Assembly (NCBI GenBank): GCA_015062305.1 | Contig: SUUX01000001.1 | Location: 485-64,484, forward strand | Source: Alphaproteobacteria bacterium | Lineage (GTDB): Bacteria; Pseudomonadota; Alphaproteobacteria; RF32; CAG-239 | Length of the DNA: 64,000 bases | Direction: 5' to 3' | Shown: positions 9,723-20,754 of the stretch, in pieces | How positions within the stretch are numbered: position 1 is the first letter of the stretch | Layout of the letters: the number at the start of each line of letters is the position of its first letter | Made by a program: the position numbers and the translations under genes | The notes under the pieces: model-generated | What the model was told of the DNA's origin: nothing | What the model saw: the letters and a program-made list of their open reading frames with translations, nothing else | Database searches by the model: none

Positions 9723-10676
9723 CTATTTTTGTTCTTTTGGCAAGAACTTTTTTGAATAATGTCTGTTTTTTTTGCGAGGATTGTTGTTTGTATATTCAAA
9801 CACTTTTAATTCTCTAGGTTTTTGTTCTTTGGGTTGTTGAAAATCATCGAGGGCAGCCGTGATGACGGCACCAAAGATAACAGCAGCCCATACTAAATAT
9901 AGCCAAATTAACATTATGGGAATAATGGCAAGTGCGCCATAAAGAATATTGTATGTGTTTGTAGATATGAGGAAGGCGCCAAATGCTTTGCGTAATATAT
10001 AAAATAGTATTACGGCAATGGTGGCGCCAATAAAAGCGTGAAAAATATTTACTTTTTTGTTGGGTACCAAAACATATAGCAAAACTAGAGCCAGCGTGGT
10101 GAGAATGCTTGGAACAATAGCACTAAACATTAGGGCGCTACTAATAATGTTGTCGGGCATGAGGTTTTGAAGAGCGTACACATATCCTCTCAGCGAGAAA
10201 GCTGTTCCAAGCAAAAGTGGTCCGAGAGTGATAACTGTCCAATAAAGAGTGATTTTGGTTTTGATGCTTCTAGCTTTATATACTTTAAATATAAAGTTTA
10301 AGCTGTTTTCGATGGTTGATAGTAATAAGATTGCGGTGACTGCAATACCAATTACTCCGATAGTGGTTAGTTTGGCTGTAGCAGAAACAAAGTCGTTGAA
10401 GTATTGGCTGATATCTTGTTCGGCATCGGGCATCATGTTTTGTAATAATAGCATCTGAATTTGTTCTCTAATATCTGAAAACACCGGAAATGCCGAAAAA
10501 ATGGCCAAGCCAATAGCAATAAGTGGAACTATAGCAATAAGAGAAGTGTAACTGAGAGATGATGCTACACGTAGAATCATATCGCTTTTGACACGTTGTG
10601 TCAGAAAAATCATAAAATTTTTGGCTGTTTTTAGTTTGGTTTTGCAAAAATTACATTTTAAGTTATTCAGAAACAT
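9723..10676 (-). CDS. YihY/BrkB family inner membrane protein
   Basis: SSLSYTSLIAIVPLIAIGLAIFSAFP plus multiple TM helices typical of YihY. Confidence 0.65.
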   Translation of the reverse strand: MFLNNLKCNFCKTKLKTAKNFMIFLTQRVKSDMILRVASSLSYTSLIAIVPLIAIGLAIFSAFPVFSDIREQIQMLLLQNMMPDAEQDISQYFNDFVSATAKLTTIGVIGIAVTAILLLSTIENSLNFIFKVYKARSIKTKITLYWTVITLGPLLLGTAFSLRGYVYALQNLMPDNIISSALMFSAIVPSILTTLALVLLYVLVPNKKVNIFHAFIGATIAVILFYILRKAFGAFLISTNTYNILYGALAIIPIMLIWLYLVWAAVIFGAVITAALDDFQQPKEQKPRELKVFEYTNNNPRKKNRHYSKKFLPKEQK

Positions 10677-10794
10677 TCGTCACCTATAAAAAAATATGTT
10701 TACAAATTTGTTTGAATTTTATAAAAAACTAACTAATAATTCAAGTGATTTAATTGGATTGTTAATTGTGTGAAATTTAATTAAGGATATTGGT

Positions 10795-11625
10795 ATGACT
10801 GAAACAACAGCTCTTATGGCTGGTAAAAAAGGCTTAATTATGGGGCTTGCAAATGATAAGTCTATTGCATGGGGTATTGCTCAGGCTTTGAATGCTCATG
10901 GAGCTCAAATTGCGATTTCTTATCAAAATGAAGCTTTAGAAAAGAGAGTTCAACCCTTGGCTGCTCAATTAGATAAAGAACCTTTGTTGATAAAATGTGA
11001 TGTTTCGGATTCCGCAAGTGTTGAGGCTTGTTTTAAGGAATTGGGTGAAAAATGGGGCAAAATAGACTTTTTGGTTCATGCTATTGGTTTTTCTGATAAA
11101 AATCAGTTGAAAGGTCGTACAATAGACACAACTCGAGATAATTTTACCATGACAATGGAAATATCTTGTTTCTCTTTTATTGAGGCTTGTAAATTTGCAT
11201 CTCCAATTATGAATGAAGGCGGAAGTATTGTTACTCTGACTTATATGGGAAGTGAAAGAGTTTTGCCTAACTATAATATTATGGGTGTGGCAAAGGCTGC
11301 CTTGGAGGCTTCTGTTCGTTATGCGGCAACAGATATGGGTGCTCAGGGCGTGAGAGTGAATGCGGTTTCTGCAGGTCCGATAAAAACATTGGCTGCATCT
11401 GGAATTGGTGATTTTAGAAAAATATTGCATTGGAATGAGTTGAATGCTCCTTTGCAACGCAATATTACTCAAGAAGAGGTTGGTATGGTAACTTTGGGAT
11501 TGTTGTCTGCTTGTGGCAGCGGAATTACCGGAGAGGTTATCCATGTTGACTGCGGATATCATACGGTTGGTATGATGAATATTAATAAGACTAAGGAGCT
11601 TGGCGAATTTTTGGTTAGTGAATAG
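10795..11625 (+). CDS. fabI: enoyl-[acyl-carrier-protein] reductase (NADH) FabI
   Basis: GKKGLIMGLANDKSIAWGIAQAL N-terminus and the Y/K catalytic region. Terminator downstream. Confidence 0.9.
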   Translation: MTETTALMAGKKGLIMGLANDKSIAWGIAQALNAHGAQIAISYQNEALEKRVQPLAAQLDKEPLLIKCDVSDSASVEACFKELGEKWGKIDFLVHAIGFSDKNQLKGRTIDTTRDNFTMTMEISCFSFIEACKFASPIMNEGGSIVTLTYMGSERVLPNYNIMGVAKAALEASVRYAATDMGAQGVRVNAVSAGPIKTLAASGIGDFRKILHWNELNAPLQRNITQEEVGMVTLGLLSACGSGITGEVIHVDCGYHTVGMMNINKTKELGEFLVSE

Positions 11626-11641
11626 CCTTGCTTTAGCATTT

Positions 11642-11675
11642 AACAGCCTCCATTGAAATGGAGGCTGTTTTTGTT
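11642..11675 (+). terminator. rho-independent terminator
   Basis: cagcctccatt gaa atggaggctg stem followed by tttttgttt. Confidence 0.65.
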
Positions 11676-11759
11676 TGGTGAATATATAATTTGTGCTTGA
11701 TATCTGTTATATTTGTGTGCTAAAAACAATACAATATTTTGATATGATAGAGGTAAAAA

Positions 11760-12047
11760 ATGGCAATAGATAAGGAAACTGTTAAAAAAGTTGCTTTTTT
11801 GTCACGTTTAAAAATTGAAGAAGACAAAATTGAGGCAACAGAAAGGGAGTTTAATAAAATTTTGCAATGGATTGAACAATTGAGTGAGGTTAACACCGAT
11901 GGTGTAGAACCTTTGGTGTCGGTTAATGATTGTTCTTTGCAAATGCGACAAGATATTGTAAATGACGGTAATCTGGCAGAGCAGGTGTTGGCAAATGCAC
12001 CGATGAAAGAATATGGTTATTTTGGGGTTCCTAAAGTTGTAGAGTAA
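11760..12047 (+). CDS. gatC: Asp/Glu-tRNA(Asn/Gln) amidotransferase subunit C
   Basis: 95 aa. Sits immediately upstream of gatA-gatB in the conserved order. Confidence 0.85.
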   Translation: MAIDKETVKKVAFLSRLKIEEDKIEATEREFNKILQWIEQLSEVNTDGVEPLVSVNDCSLQMRQDIVNDGNLAEQVLANAPMKEYGYFGVPKVVE

Positions 12048-12052
12048 AAAAA

Positions 12053-13510
12053 ATGACAGATTTAACAAAGTTAACTATTGCTCAAGCTAAAAAAGGCTTG
12101 AAGAATAAGGATTTTAGTGCAGTAGAATTGGTTGATGCTTATGCGGCTAAAATGAATGAAGGACGCAAATATAATGCTTATGTTTGTGAGACTGTAGAGC
12201 AAGCAAGAGAATTAGCTAAACGTAGCCAAGCCAAAATTGATGCAGGCGAAGGCGGAAATCTTGAAGGGATTCCTTTGGGAATCAAGGATTTGTTTTGTAC
12301 TAAAGGGATTGCAACGACAGCATGCTCGGAATTTTTGAAAGGTTTTGTTCCTCCTTATGAGTCAACAGTTAGTGCTAAGCTGTTGGCTGCTGGTGCAAGT
12401 TTTCTAGGCAAATTGAATTTGGATGAATTTGCAATGGGTGGAAGTAATGAAACCTCAGCTTTTGGTCCTGTGATAAACCCATGGAGTAAAGATGTTCCGT
12501 TGGTGGCAGGGGGATCTTCCGGTGGTTCGGCCGCAGCTGTGGCCGCCGGTATGTGTGCCGCTGCAACAGGTACGGATACCGGAGGTTCTATTCGCCAGCC
12601 TTCGTCATATTGTGGCGTGACAGGAATAAAGCCTACTTATGGACGTTGTTCTCGTTATGGAATTATTGCTTTTGCATCATCTTTGGATCAGGCTGGACCA
12701 ATTGCTAAAGATGTGCGTGATTGTGCTATTATGTTAAATTCTATGGCTGGTTATGATGCTAAAGATTCTACCTCTGTAAAAATAGATGTGCCGGATTTTG
12801 AAAAGTTTTTGGGTGAAGATATCAAGGGAATGAAGATTGGTATACCCAAAGAATATATGGTTGATGGTATGGATTCTGAACTGTCAGCTTATTGGAATAA
12901 GGCTGCGGAGATGCTAAAATCAAGAGGCGCAGAGCTGGTGGAAATATCTTTGCCTCATACAAAATATGCGTTGGCGGCTTATTATATTATTGCACCGGCT
13001 GAGGCTTCGGCAAATTTGGCCAGATATGATGGTTTGCGCTATGGAAATCGTGTGGAAGGTGATACTTTGGATGAAATGTATATCAACTCTCGTACAGCAG
13101 GTTTCGGAAAAGAAGTTAAAAGACGCATTATGGTCGGAACTTATGTGCTTTCGGCTGGTTATTATGATGCTTATTATGTAAAAGCTCAAAAAGTGCGCCG
13201 TCTGATTCGTAATGATTTTATGAATGCTTTTGAAAAATGTGATGTGATTTTGACACCAACTGCGCCGGTGGTGGCTTTTCCGATTGGAGATAAATCGATG
13301 CAAGAGAATCCGATAACGATGTGGTTGAATGATATCTTTACTGTGTCTGTTTCTTTGGCAGGATTGCCGGCAATGAGTTTGCCAATTGGTTTAAATAATG
13401 GTGGTTTGCCTTTGGGAATGCAAATAATTGGAAAAGCTTTTGATGAAGCCAGTGTGTTTAAGACTGCTTTTGCGCTGGAAAAAGATGCAAATTTTAAGGG
13501 GATGAGATAA
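12053..13510 (+). CDS. gatA: Asp/Glu-tRNA(Asn/Gln) amidotransferase subunit A
   Basis: Amidase signature [14 protein letters not shown]. 485 aa. Confidence 0.95.
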   Translation: MTDLTKLTIAQAKKGLKNKDFSAVELVDAYAAKMNEGRKYNAYVCETVEQARELAKRSQAKIDAGEGGNLEGIPLGIKDLFCTKGIATTACSEFLKGFVPPYESTVSAKLLAAGASFLGKLNLDEFAMGGSNETSAFGPVINPWSKDVPLVAGGSSGGSAAAVAAGMCAAATGTDTGGSIRQPSSYCGVTGIKPTYGRCSRYGIIAFASSLDQAGPIAKDVRDCAIMLNSMAGYDAKDSTSVKIDVPDFEKFLGEDIKGMKIGIPKEYMVDGMDSELSAYWNKAAEMLKSRGAELVEISLPHTKYALAAYYIIAPAEASANLARYDGLRYGNRVEGDTLDEMYINSRTAGFGKEVKRRIMVGTYVLSAGYYDAYYVKAQKVRRLIRNDFMNAFEKCDVILTPTAPVVAFPIGDKSMQENPITMWLNDIFTVSVSLAGLPAMSLPIGLNNGGLPLGMQIIGKAFDEASVFKTAFALEKDANFKGMR

Positions 13511-13511
13511 A

Positions 13512-14969
13512 ATGAGTGGAATGATTTTGAAGGGTGAAACCTGTGATTGGGAGATTGTTTGCGGGTTGGAGATACATTGCCAGATTATTTCTCAATCTAA
13601 AATATTTTCTGGAGCTTCTACTCATTATGGTTCGGATATTAATGAAAATGTGTCGTTTGTTGATGCCGGTATGCCCGGTATGTTGCCGGTTTTGAATGAA
13701 GAGTGTGTGCGTCAGGCTATTAAGACCGGATTGGGATTAAATGCTAAAATTAATAAACATTCGGTTTTTTCTCGTAAAAATTATTTTTATGCTGATTTGC
13801 CACAAGGATATCAGATAACTCAGTTTGAATATCCACTTGTGGGAGAGGGGTGTGTTCAGATTGATTTGGAAGATGGTAGTAAAAAAGGTATTGGTATTGA
13901 ACGTATACATATTGAACAAGATACCGGAAAATCTATTCATGACATTTCTCCGACCAAAACATTTTTAGATTTTAATCGTGCCGGTGTGGGGTTGATGGAA
14001 ATTGTGACCAAACCAGATTTTCGGTCACCGGAAGAGGCTGGCGCTTTTTTGCGCAAGTTGAGAACAATTGTGCGCTATTTGGGAACTTGTGATGGTAATA
14101 TGGATGAGGGTTCTATGCGTTGTGATGCCAGTGTTTCTATCAGACCCGTAGGGAGTGATGAGCTGCGCCCGAGAGCAGAAATTAAAAATGTGAACTCAGT
14201 TAAATTTGTTATGCAAGCTATTGAATTTGAAGCAAAACGCCAAATGAAAATTTATGAATCCGGTGGAGAAGTTGAACAACAAACTCGTTTGTTTGATCAG
14301 TTGAGCGGAGAGACAAGATTTATGCGTAGCAAAGAGTTTGCGCATGATTATCGTTATTTTCCGGAGCCGGATTTGCTACCGTTGGATTTGGAAGATGGTT
14401 TTATTGAGGCTATAAAAGCCGAAATGGTTGAATTGCCCGATGCAAAACAAGAGCGTTTTGTAAAGGATATGGGCTTGACACCTTATGATGCTTCTGTTTT
14501 GACAGAGGATAGAGAAACTGCTGAATGGTTTGAAAAAGCAGCTAAGGGTCACGATGCTAAGAAAGTGGCCAATTGGATGATGGGAGACTTTTTTGCAATG
14601 CTTAATGAGAAAAAAATAGCTTTGCAAGATAGTCCAATCTCCCCGGAAAATTTGGGAAAATTGGTTGAATTAGTTACATCTAATGTTATTAATGGAAAAA
14701 CAGCCAAAGATGTTTTTGCCATTATGGTAGAAACTGGTGATAATCCGGAAAAAATTGTAGAAGAAAAAGGATTAAAACAAGTTACAGATACAGGAGCAAT
14801 TGAAAAAATTATAGATGATGTAATTGCTTCTAATCCGGCAAATGTAGAAGCTTATAAGGCAGGAAAGACTGCTTTAATGGGGTGGTTTGTGGGACAGGTC
14901 ATGAAAGCATCTCAAGGAAAAGCGAATCCTGGCGTTGTGAATAAGATACTACAACAAAAATTGGTCTAA
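13512..14969 (+). CDS. gatB: Asp/Glu-tRNA(Asn/Gln) amidotransferase subunit B
   Basis: GatB conserved N-terminus ([13 protein letters not shown]) and C-terminal YqeY-like tail. Starts 2 nt after the gatA stop. Confidence 0.95.
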   Translation: MSGMILKGETCDWEIVCGLEIHCQIISQSKIFSGASTHYGSDINENVSFVDAGMPGMLPVLNEECVRQAIKTGLGLNAKINKHSVFSRKNYFYADLPQGYQITQFEYPLVGEGCVQIDLEDGSKKGIGIERIHIEQDTGKSIHDISPTKTFLDFNRAGVGLMEIVTKPDFRSPEEAGAFLRKLRTIVRYLGTCDGNMDEGSMRCDASVSIRPVGSDELRPRAEIKNVNSVKFVMQAIEFEAKRQMKIYESGGEVEQQTRLFDQLSGETRFMRSKEFAHDYRYFPEPDLLPLDLEDGFIEAIKAEMVELPDAKQERFVKDMGLTPYDASVLTEDRETAEWFEKAAKGHDAKKVANWMMGDFFAMLNEKKIALQDSPISPENLGKLVELVTSNVINGKTAKDVFAIMVETGDNPEKIVEEKGLKQVTDTGAIEKIIDDVIASNPANVEAYKAGKTALMGWFVGQVMKASQGKANPGVVNKILQQKLV

Positions 14970-15002
14970 TAATCTTTTTTGTTGGTATAATATTACAATA
15001 AA

Positions 15003-15041
15003 AATCCCGCTTCTAATGTGAAAGAAGCGGGATTTTTGAGA
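15003..15041. terminator. bidirectional terminator between gatB and the convergent DUF192 gene
   Basis: aatcccgcttct ... agaagcgggatt stem followed by ttttt. Confidence 0.6.
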
Positions 15042-15055
15042 GGTTGTGTTAGTTT

Positions 15056-15760
15056 TTACAAACTAGGGGCAGGAACCGGAAGCTTTGGAGCCACAACAGG
15101 GGCAGCTACCGGAGCTTTGGGAGCCACAACAGGTGCTGAAGCTTTTGGTGTGGCCGGTTTGGGTGCTTCGGTATTGGTTGGCTGAGCTTTGGGTGCTACG
15201 GGTTGCTTGTTTTGCGGTTGAACCTGCAATTGTGGAGAAGGTTGAGTTTTTTCCGGAGCTTTTTCATAGGATATTACTTTGGGTTCCGGCCCAGGAGTTT
15301 TTATATCTAGCATACTATTTAGAAGCATGTGGGTGATTTTGTCTCCAACTTTTATGTTGTTACGTTTGACTTGCCCGGCGTTGATTTCTACTACAGCACG
15401 AACAGGATCTTTGCATATAATTAATTCTTCAGATAGTGGAGCGGCGTTTTCTTTGATCATGATGATGGAACCATCAGGGCCAATAAATAACATATCTAAA
15501 GGAATTTTTGTGTTTTTCATCCACATGGCTATTGGTCTTACGGGATATATGTTGAATATCATTCCACTGGTGAAGCCTAGGTTTGTGCGGTGCATTAGAC
15601 CAGTTTTTAGCTCTTCGGGGGTGTTGGCAACCTCTACCATAAAACGAGTTTCTCCATTTGCGGTTTTGACCATAAGAGGAGTGGTTGGTTTGGGTGGTTG
15701 TTCTTGCGAACAGGCCGAAAAAATTAAAGCAATTAAAAATAATTTGGCAAATTTAAGCAT
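15056..15760 (-). CDS. DUF192 domain protein with Pro/Ala/Lys-rich C-terminal tail
   Basis: Signal peptide plus DUF192-like core (PLDMLFIGPDGSII, VRAVVEINAG). Start MLKFAKL has an AAGGAG RBS. C-terminal repeats of the PVVAPKAP type. Confidence 0.55.
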   Translation of the reverse strand: MLKFAKLFLIALIFSACSQEQPPKPTTPLMVKTANGETRFMVEVANTPEELKTGLMHRTNLGFTSGMIFNIYPVRPIAMWMKNTKIPLDMLFIGPDGSIIMIKENAAPLSEELIICKDPVRAVVEINAGQVKRNNIKVGDKITHMLLNSMLDIKTPGPEPKVISYEKAPEKTQPSPQLQVQPQNKQPVAPKAQPTNTEAPKPATPKASAPVVAPKAPVAAPVVAPKLPVPAPSL

Positions 15761-16316
15761 TTTTATTCTCCTTGGTTGTTTTTTTGCTAAGTTTGCGAGG
15801 GTGCCATTGAGATACAACAACAGGACCATTTTGAGATAGCATAACTTTGCGTTTTTTTGAGGTGTTATGAGGCGCTGATGAAGCAGTTCCCTTGAAAAGA
15901 GGGGTTAACTCTTCTAATGAGGTAGGAGTTAATTGTCCAGATTTGAAGTATTTGTTGTATGCATCTGAGTTTTTGACAAAGTCTTCTAACTGTAATTTGC
16001 TCATGGGTGAGTATTTTTTCCAGATAAGTTCAAGAAAAGTGTGGATTTCTTTGTCAAATTTTGGGGCTTCCATAAGGGGCATACCAAAAGTAAGCATGTG
16101 TGCCAAGTTTGGCTCATGAAAACCTTTGTTGTCGCATACAAATATTCCCGGAAAAAGATATTCTCCGTTGTGTCCTACGGAAAAATGAATTTGCGCCAAA
16201 AAAAGAAGATGGTGCAATTTATCATTTTCCAGATAAATATCTGAAGAATCTGCTTTGCGAAAAAACCAATTGGCCGCAGATAAGATAGAATTTATGTGGG
16301 GAGAAGACATGAACAA
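15753..16316 (-). CDS. Panacea (DUF4065)/SocA-like antitoxin-domain protein
   Basis: KLHHLLFLAQIHFSVGHNGEYLFPG resembles the Panacea motif (KLqKLlYfaqg..L...lf). Its stop overlaps the DUF192 gene start by 8 nt. Confidence 0.45.
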   Translation of the reverse strand: MFMSSPHINSILSAANWFFRKADSSDIYLENDKLHHLLFLAQIHFSVGHNGEYLFPGIFVCDNKGFHEPNLAHMLTFGMPLMEAPKFDKEIHTFLELIWKKYSPMSKLQLEDFVKNSDAYNKYFKSGQLTPTSLEELTPLFKGTASSAPHNTSKKRKVMLSQNGPVVVSQWHPRKLSKKTTKENKNA

Positions 16317-16490
16317 CTCCTTTTTGTTATGAAACTATCTTGTATTATAATCAGTGCAAGATAAAATACAAATGAATATTGAAAGATAATCACGGATAAA
16401 TTAATTTGCTGAAAAAATATTTTTATTCTTGTTTTATGGTGTTTAATAAGTTAGTTTATCTATAGTTGAAAAGTTATAGGGACATGTCTG

Positions 16491-17240
16491 ATGTTTGTTA
16501 TTAATAAGTTTTTGGTCGGATTGACCGCTGTTTTGTTAGTTTCCGGTTGTGCTAGTGCTGTATTTCCGGATTTTGATGATAATATGGAAGATATTCAGGT
16601 ATCTGAAGGTGGAAGAGTGGCAGGACAAATGCCTGAAGAAGGAAATTCTTTGAGTGCAGATGCCGAAAATGTTGCTTATGAGAATGAAGCTCAGGCAAAA
16701 GATGATTTGAAAGCAGAAAAAGAAGAAAAAGGTGATTTGATTGCAACAGCAGAAACAAAGCCTGTTGAAACAGAAGAACTTGATGACATTGATGATGATA
16801 AGTTTTTGGCAATGGATGACGAGCCTGTTGATGAAACTGTAAATGTTGTTGCTGAAGAAAATGTGGAAAAGGCTGCTCCGAGTGTAAGATATTTGGTTGA
16901 AACAATATATTTTGATAACGGAAGTTCTTATGTTGCACCGTCTTATAGAGCTAAGTTGCGTAAGGTGGCCAAACAAGTTAAAGAAAATGATGCAATGGTA
17001 TATGTGTATGGACATTCATCGAGCCGCACAAGAGATACTGATCCGATCAGCCATAAGATAGCTAATTTCAAGGCTTCTATGGATAGAGCTCAAAATGTGT
17101 CTGCAGTTTTGAAAAGAGCAGGCGTGCCGGCAGATAAAATTGTGATAGAAGCAATGTCTGATTCAGCTCCGGCCTATTTGGAGGTTATGCCTGAGGGAGA
17201 ACGCTTGAACAGACGAGCAGAAGTTTATATAGCTTATTAA
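16491..17240 (+). CDS. OmpA-family lipoprotein
   Basis: Lipobox LLVSGC, acidic low-complexity linker and a C-terminal OmpA-like domain (YFDNGSSYV...NRRAEVYI). Confidence 0.65.
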   Translation: MFVINKFLVGLTAVLLVSGCASAVFPDFDDNMEDIQVSEGGRVAGQMPEEGNSLSADAENVAYENEAQAKDDLKAEKEEKGDLIATAETKPVETEELDDIDDDKFLAMDDEPVDETVNVVAEENVEKAAPSVRYLVETIYFDNGSSYVAPSYRAKLRKVAKQVKENDAMVYVYGHSSSRTRDTDPISHKIANFKASMDRAQNVSAVLKRAGVPADKIVIEAMSDSAPAYLEVMPEGERLNRRAEVYIAY

Positions 17241-17261
17241 ATAGTCGGAGGTTAGGGGTTA

Positions 17262-19037
17262 GTGCTTGGTGCAACTTCCGATATGATATCAATAGGGGGC
17301 AATTTGTGGAAAATTGCCCCTGTTGATGATAGACAAGCTCAGTTGTTGCAAGAAAGATGTGGAATTTCTTATATATTGGCAAAGATTTTGTCACAAAGAG
17401 GTGTGTCTTGGGAAGATGCATCTGTTTTTTTGGAGCCTAAAATTCAATCTTTGATGCCTAATCCGTCTATTTTGCTAGATGTAGAAAAAGCTGCAAGGCG
17501 AATTGCAGATGCTGTTGTAAATAAACAACAGGTGGCGATAATTGGAGATTATGATGTTGATGGGGCAACTTCTTCGGCTGTATTGCGACTGTTTTTGGAA
17601 GCAGTAGGTTTGAAACCAGATGTGCATATACCAGAAAGAGAAGAAGGATATGGTCCCAGTAAGATGGCTGTTGATAAATTTAAGGCTATGGGTGCGGAGC
17701 TGTTGATTACAACAGATTGCGGAACAACAGCTTTTGAACCTTTGGAATATGCAGTTGAGAATGGATTTGATGTTATTGTAATAGACCATCATGAAGCAGA
17801 GGCTAAACTGCCAAATGTTTTGGCAGTGGTGAATCCTAAACGTTTGGATGAAACAAATAATTGTCCGTATTTGAAATATATGGCGGCTGTTGGAGTGGTG
17901 TTTATGGTGGTGGTGGCCATTAACAGAGAACTGCGTCAGAGAGGTTTTTATAATGAAAATGTGAAAGAGCCAAATTTGATGCAATGGTTAGATTTGGTAG
18001 CTTTGGGAACTGTTTGCGATGTGGTTCCGCTCAACGGCTTAAATAGAGCTTTTGTACGCCAAGGACTAAAAATCATGTGTAATACACAAAATGTTGGTCT
18101 TGGAGCATTGTTGGAAAAAGGTGGTTTGAGTTCTCCGCCAACAGCATTCCATTTGGGCTTTGTTTTGGGACCCAGAATCAATGCCGGTGGCCGAGTGGGG
18201 GATTCCAGTATTGCTCATAAATTGTTGTGTGAAAAAAATGATTATCAAGCGCAAATATTGGCAGATAAATTAAATGATTTTAATGCGCAAAGAAAAGATA
18301 TTGAGAATTATGTATTATTGCAAGCAATAGAGATGTTGGAAGGAACTCCTCAAGAATATCCGATTGCTTTTGTTGCAGGAGATGATTGGCATCAAGGGGT
18401 GATAGGGATTGTGGCCGGAAAGCTCAAAGAACGTTATAATTTGCCGTCGTTTGTAATGTCTATTGAAGATGATGAGGTTAAAGGTTCTGCAAGATCTATT
18501 CCGCAAGTTGATTTGGGAGCTTTGGTTATGTCGGCAAAAGAAAAAGGCTTGTTGACCAAAGGTGGTGGACATACGATGGCGGCCGGATTTTCGTTGGAAA
18601 AAGAAAAAATTGAAGAGTTTAGGACTTTTGCCGGACAGTATGTGATGGAACGAATTGGCGGTGAAGCTATTATTCCTGTGCTGGAAATTGATGCTGTGTT
18701 AGAGGTATCGGGAGCAACAAAAGATTTGGCTAAAGCTTTGGAAAGTATGGAACCTTTTGGAGCAGGCAATAATGAGCCTAAATTGATGTTGAAGAATGTG
18801 AAAATAATAAAATCAAGCTTGGTTGGAATCGGACATGTGCGTTGTATATTGACCTCGGATAATGGAGGTAGTATAAAAGGAATGGCGTTTAGAGTAGGGG
18901 ATAATGATGTTGGAAAAACGATGCTGAATTCTAAAGGTGAATGTTTTGATGTGGTGGGAGTGCTACGGAGAGATACTTGGAATGGGAGAGATGAAGTACA
19001 ATTTATAATTGAAGATATTAGAAAAATTGTTAGGTGA
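17262..19037 (+). CDS. recJ: single-stranded-DNA-specific exonuclease RecJ
   Basis: DHH motifs (IIGDYDVDGATS, DHHEA) and DHHA1 (GGGHTMAAG). Confidence 0.9.
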   Translation: MLGATSDMISIGGNLWKIAPVDDRQAQLLQERCGISYILAKILSQRGVSWEDASVFLEPKIQSLMPNPSILLDVEKAARRIADAVVNKQQVAIIGDYDVDGATSSAVLRLFLEAVGLKPDVHIPEREEGYGPSKMAVDKFKAMGAELLITTDCGTTAFEPLEYAVENGFDVIVIDHHEAEAKLPNVLAVVNPKRLDETNNCPYLKYMAAVGVVFMVVVAINRELRQRGFYNENVKEPNLMQWLDLVALGTVCDVVPLNGLNRAFVRQGLKIMCNTQNVGLGALLEKGGLSSPPTAFHLGFVLGPRINAGGRVGDSSIAHKLLCEKNDYQAQILADKLNDFNAQRKDIENYVLLQAIEMLEGTPQEYPIAFVAGDDWHQGVIGIVAGKLKERYNLPSFVMSIEDDEVKGSARSIPQVDLGALVMSAKEKGLLTKGGGHTMAAGFSLEKEKIEEFRTFAGQYVMERIGGEAIIPVLEIDAVLEVSGATKDLAKALESMEPFGAGNNEPKLMLKNVKIIKSSLVGIGHVRCILTSDNGGSIKGMAFRVGDNDVGKTMLNSKGECFDVVGVLRRDTWNGRDEVQFIIEDIRKIVR

Positions 19038-19043
19038 TATGGA

Positions 19044-19748
19044 GTGAAGATGAAAAAAGAAAAAAATATAAAAAAAAGAGCTAAAAATATTAAAAAAATT
19101 CGTTTGGAGAGAGAAAAAGCTGTTTTTTTGAAACTTGGAGGAAAACTGAGAGCTTATTTGTTTACCGGAATTCTGGTTACGGCACCGGTGGCGATTACAC
19201 TCTATTTGGCGGTAAAATTTGTATTGTGGATGGATATTTTGGTAAATCGTTTGTTGCCTCCACAGTATAAATTTGATAATATGCCGTATACTATACCCGG
19301 CCTAGGTTTGGTTGTGGGAGTGTTGTTTTTGACTGTTGTTGGTATGTTTGCAGCAGGTTTCTTGGGGCGTTTCTTTATAAAGCTTGGTGAATGGATTGTT
19401 TATAAAGTGCCATTAGTGTCCAGCGTGTATTCTGTGTTAAAACAAGTGTTTGAAACATTTTTTTCAAGTAAAACTCAAGCTTTTAGCAAGGTGGTAATGC
19501 TTGAATATCCGCGCAAAGGAATTTGGATTTTGGGATTTGTGAGTTCTGATTTGCAAGGAGAAATTAAAGCCAAATGTCCTAAAGATATGTTGAGTGTGTT
19601 TATTCCGACTACGCCCAACCCGACATCGGGATTTTTGATTTTTGTACCGAAGAAAGACTGTATTGAAATGGATATGACAGTTGAACAAGGATTGAAGTTT
19701 GTGATATCCGGCGGTTTGGTAGAACCGGAAAGTAAAAATAAGAAATAA
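19044..19748 (+). CDS. DUF502 family membrane protein
   Basis: Lysine-rich N-terminus followed by the TM and DUF502 core (COG2928-like). Confidence 0.6.
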   Translation: MKMKKEKNIKKRAKNIKKIRLEREKAVFLKLGGKLRAYLFTGILVTAPVAITLYLAVKFVLWMDILVNRLLPPQYKFDNMPYTIPGLGLVVGVLFLTVVGMFAAGFLGRFFIKLGEWIVYKVPLVSSVYSVLKQVFETFFSSKTQAFSKVVMLEYPRKGIWILGFVSSDLQGEIKAKCPKDMLSVFIPTTPNPTSGFLIFVPKKDCIEMDMTVEQGLKFVISGGLVEPESKNKK

Positions 19749-19753
19749 AAAAT

Positions 19754-19786
19754 AACCGACAGTATAAAGCTGTCGGTTGTTTTTTA
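19754..19786. terminator. bidirectional terminator
   Basis: aaccgacag tataaag ctgtcggtt stem followed by tttttt. Confidence 0.6.
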
Positions 19787-20356
19787 TCTTCGCATAATGA
19801 TGTTTGCGAAAAGAGATTTGTTCTTTTTGGAAGAGGGCGATGCCATCTGCTTATATTTTTCTATCCAAAACAAACCTTCCGGAAGAGGTGTATCACCGGC
19901 GTTTTGGCGCATTTGTGATACATGTTTCCAATAAGCTAGCAAAACTTGAGCCTCAGACCAACTTAGTAAATGTCCATTGTGTTTCTTTGCGAATTCTGTT
20001 GTATCATCTTCACTCCATCCTCCTAGAGAACCAACCATATCGTGAATAACTAATGTTGGGCTGATACGATAACCTATGATTTGTCCCTGAGATGGGTCAA
20101 AATCTTCACTCTCTGCCAAATTTTCATAAACATAGCGAGGAAGTACGAAATTATCAACTTTTTCAGGCAGTTTTCCGTTCCATTCTACAGGCTTAAGACC
20201 TGAAAGTTTGGAGCCTTGAGGCAATTTGATTTCAGTTACTTCGTCGTGTTGTTTTTCAACTTTCTTCATTATTCGTTTGAATACGATTCCTTTGCTAACA
20301 ACGAGCAACAACACAGCAAGAGCTATGGCAATGCATGCAATTAGAAAAATACTCAT
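19784..20356 (-). CDS. hypothetical membrane-anchored protein
   Basis: 190 aa with a single N-terminal TM segment. No family recognised. Confidence 0.4.
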   Translation of the reverse strand: MSIFLIACIAIALAVLLLVVSKGIVFKRIMKKVEKQHDEVTEIKLPQGSKLSGLKPVEWNGKLPEKVDNFVLPRYVYENLAESEDFDPSQGQIIGYRISPTLVIHDMVGSLGGWSEDDTTEFAKKHNGHLLSWSEAQVLLAYWKHVSQMRQNAGDTPLPEGLFWIEKYKQMASPSSKKNKSLFANIIMRR

Positions 20357-20578
20357 AATTATTTAGGATTATTTTACGAGGGCGCATCTCCTGATATGCT
20401 TCCTATTCCTCGAGTTAAAATTATTTGATAATAGTTATTTTATGGAGTGTTTTTTATCTGATTGTTTATAAAAAGTAAAGTTTTTTCGTTAAATAAAAAA
20501 ACTTTTACTAATTTGTAAAAAAGACTTGATTTATTTTTATTTGTGATTTATTTCTGTTTGCAGCTTTATTGGCGATAT

Positions 20579-20665
20579 GCGGCCATGGCGGAATTGGTAG
20601 ACGCGCAACCTTGAGGTGGTTGTGGGAGAACTCCCGTGAAGGTTCAAGTCCTTTTGGCCGCACCA
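20579..20665 (+). tRNA. tRNA-Leu (anticodon GAG)
   Basis: GCGGCCA...TGGCCGCACCA acceptor, long variable arm, anticodon loop CTTGAGGT, T-loop GGTTCAAGTCC, CCA encoded. Confidence 0.9.
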
Positions 20666-20754
20666 TTTATCTTGCTGAATAAAGCTTTTTTTGTATGTAT
20701 AGCTTTGCTATGAGCTGGTAACAACAAAGATTTATTAGTCTGAAAGGGGGAAAT

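Noticed and set aside
16536-17015. Minus-strand ORFs of 159 and 128 aa inside the OmpA-like lipoprotein gene
   Set aside because: They are low-complexity (His/Gln/Phe/Ile-rich) antisense reading frames of the acidic linker region. The sense strand has a lipobox and an OmpA domain.
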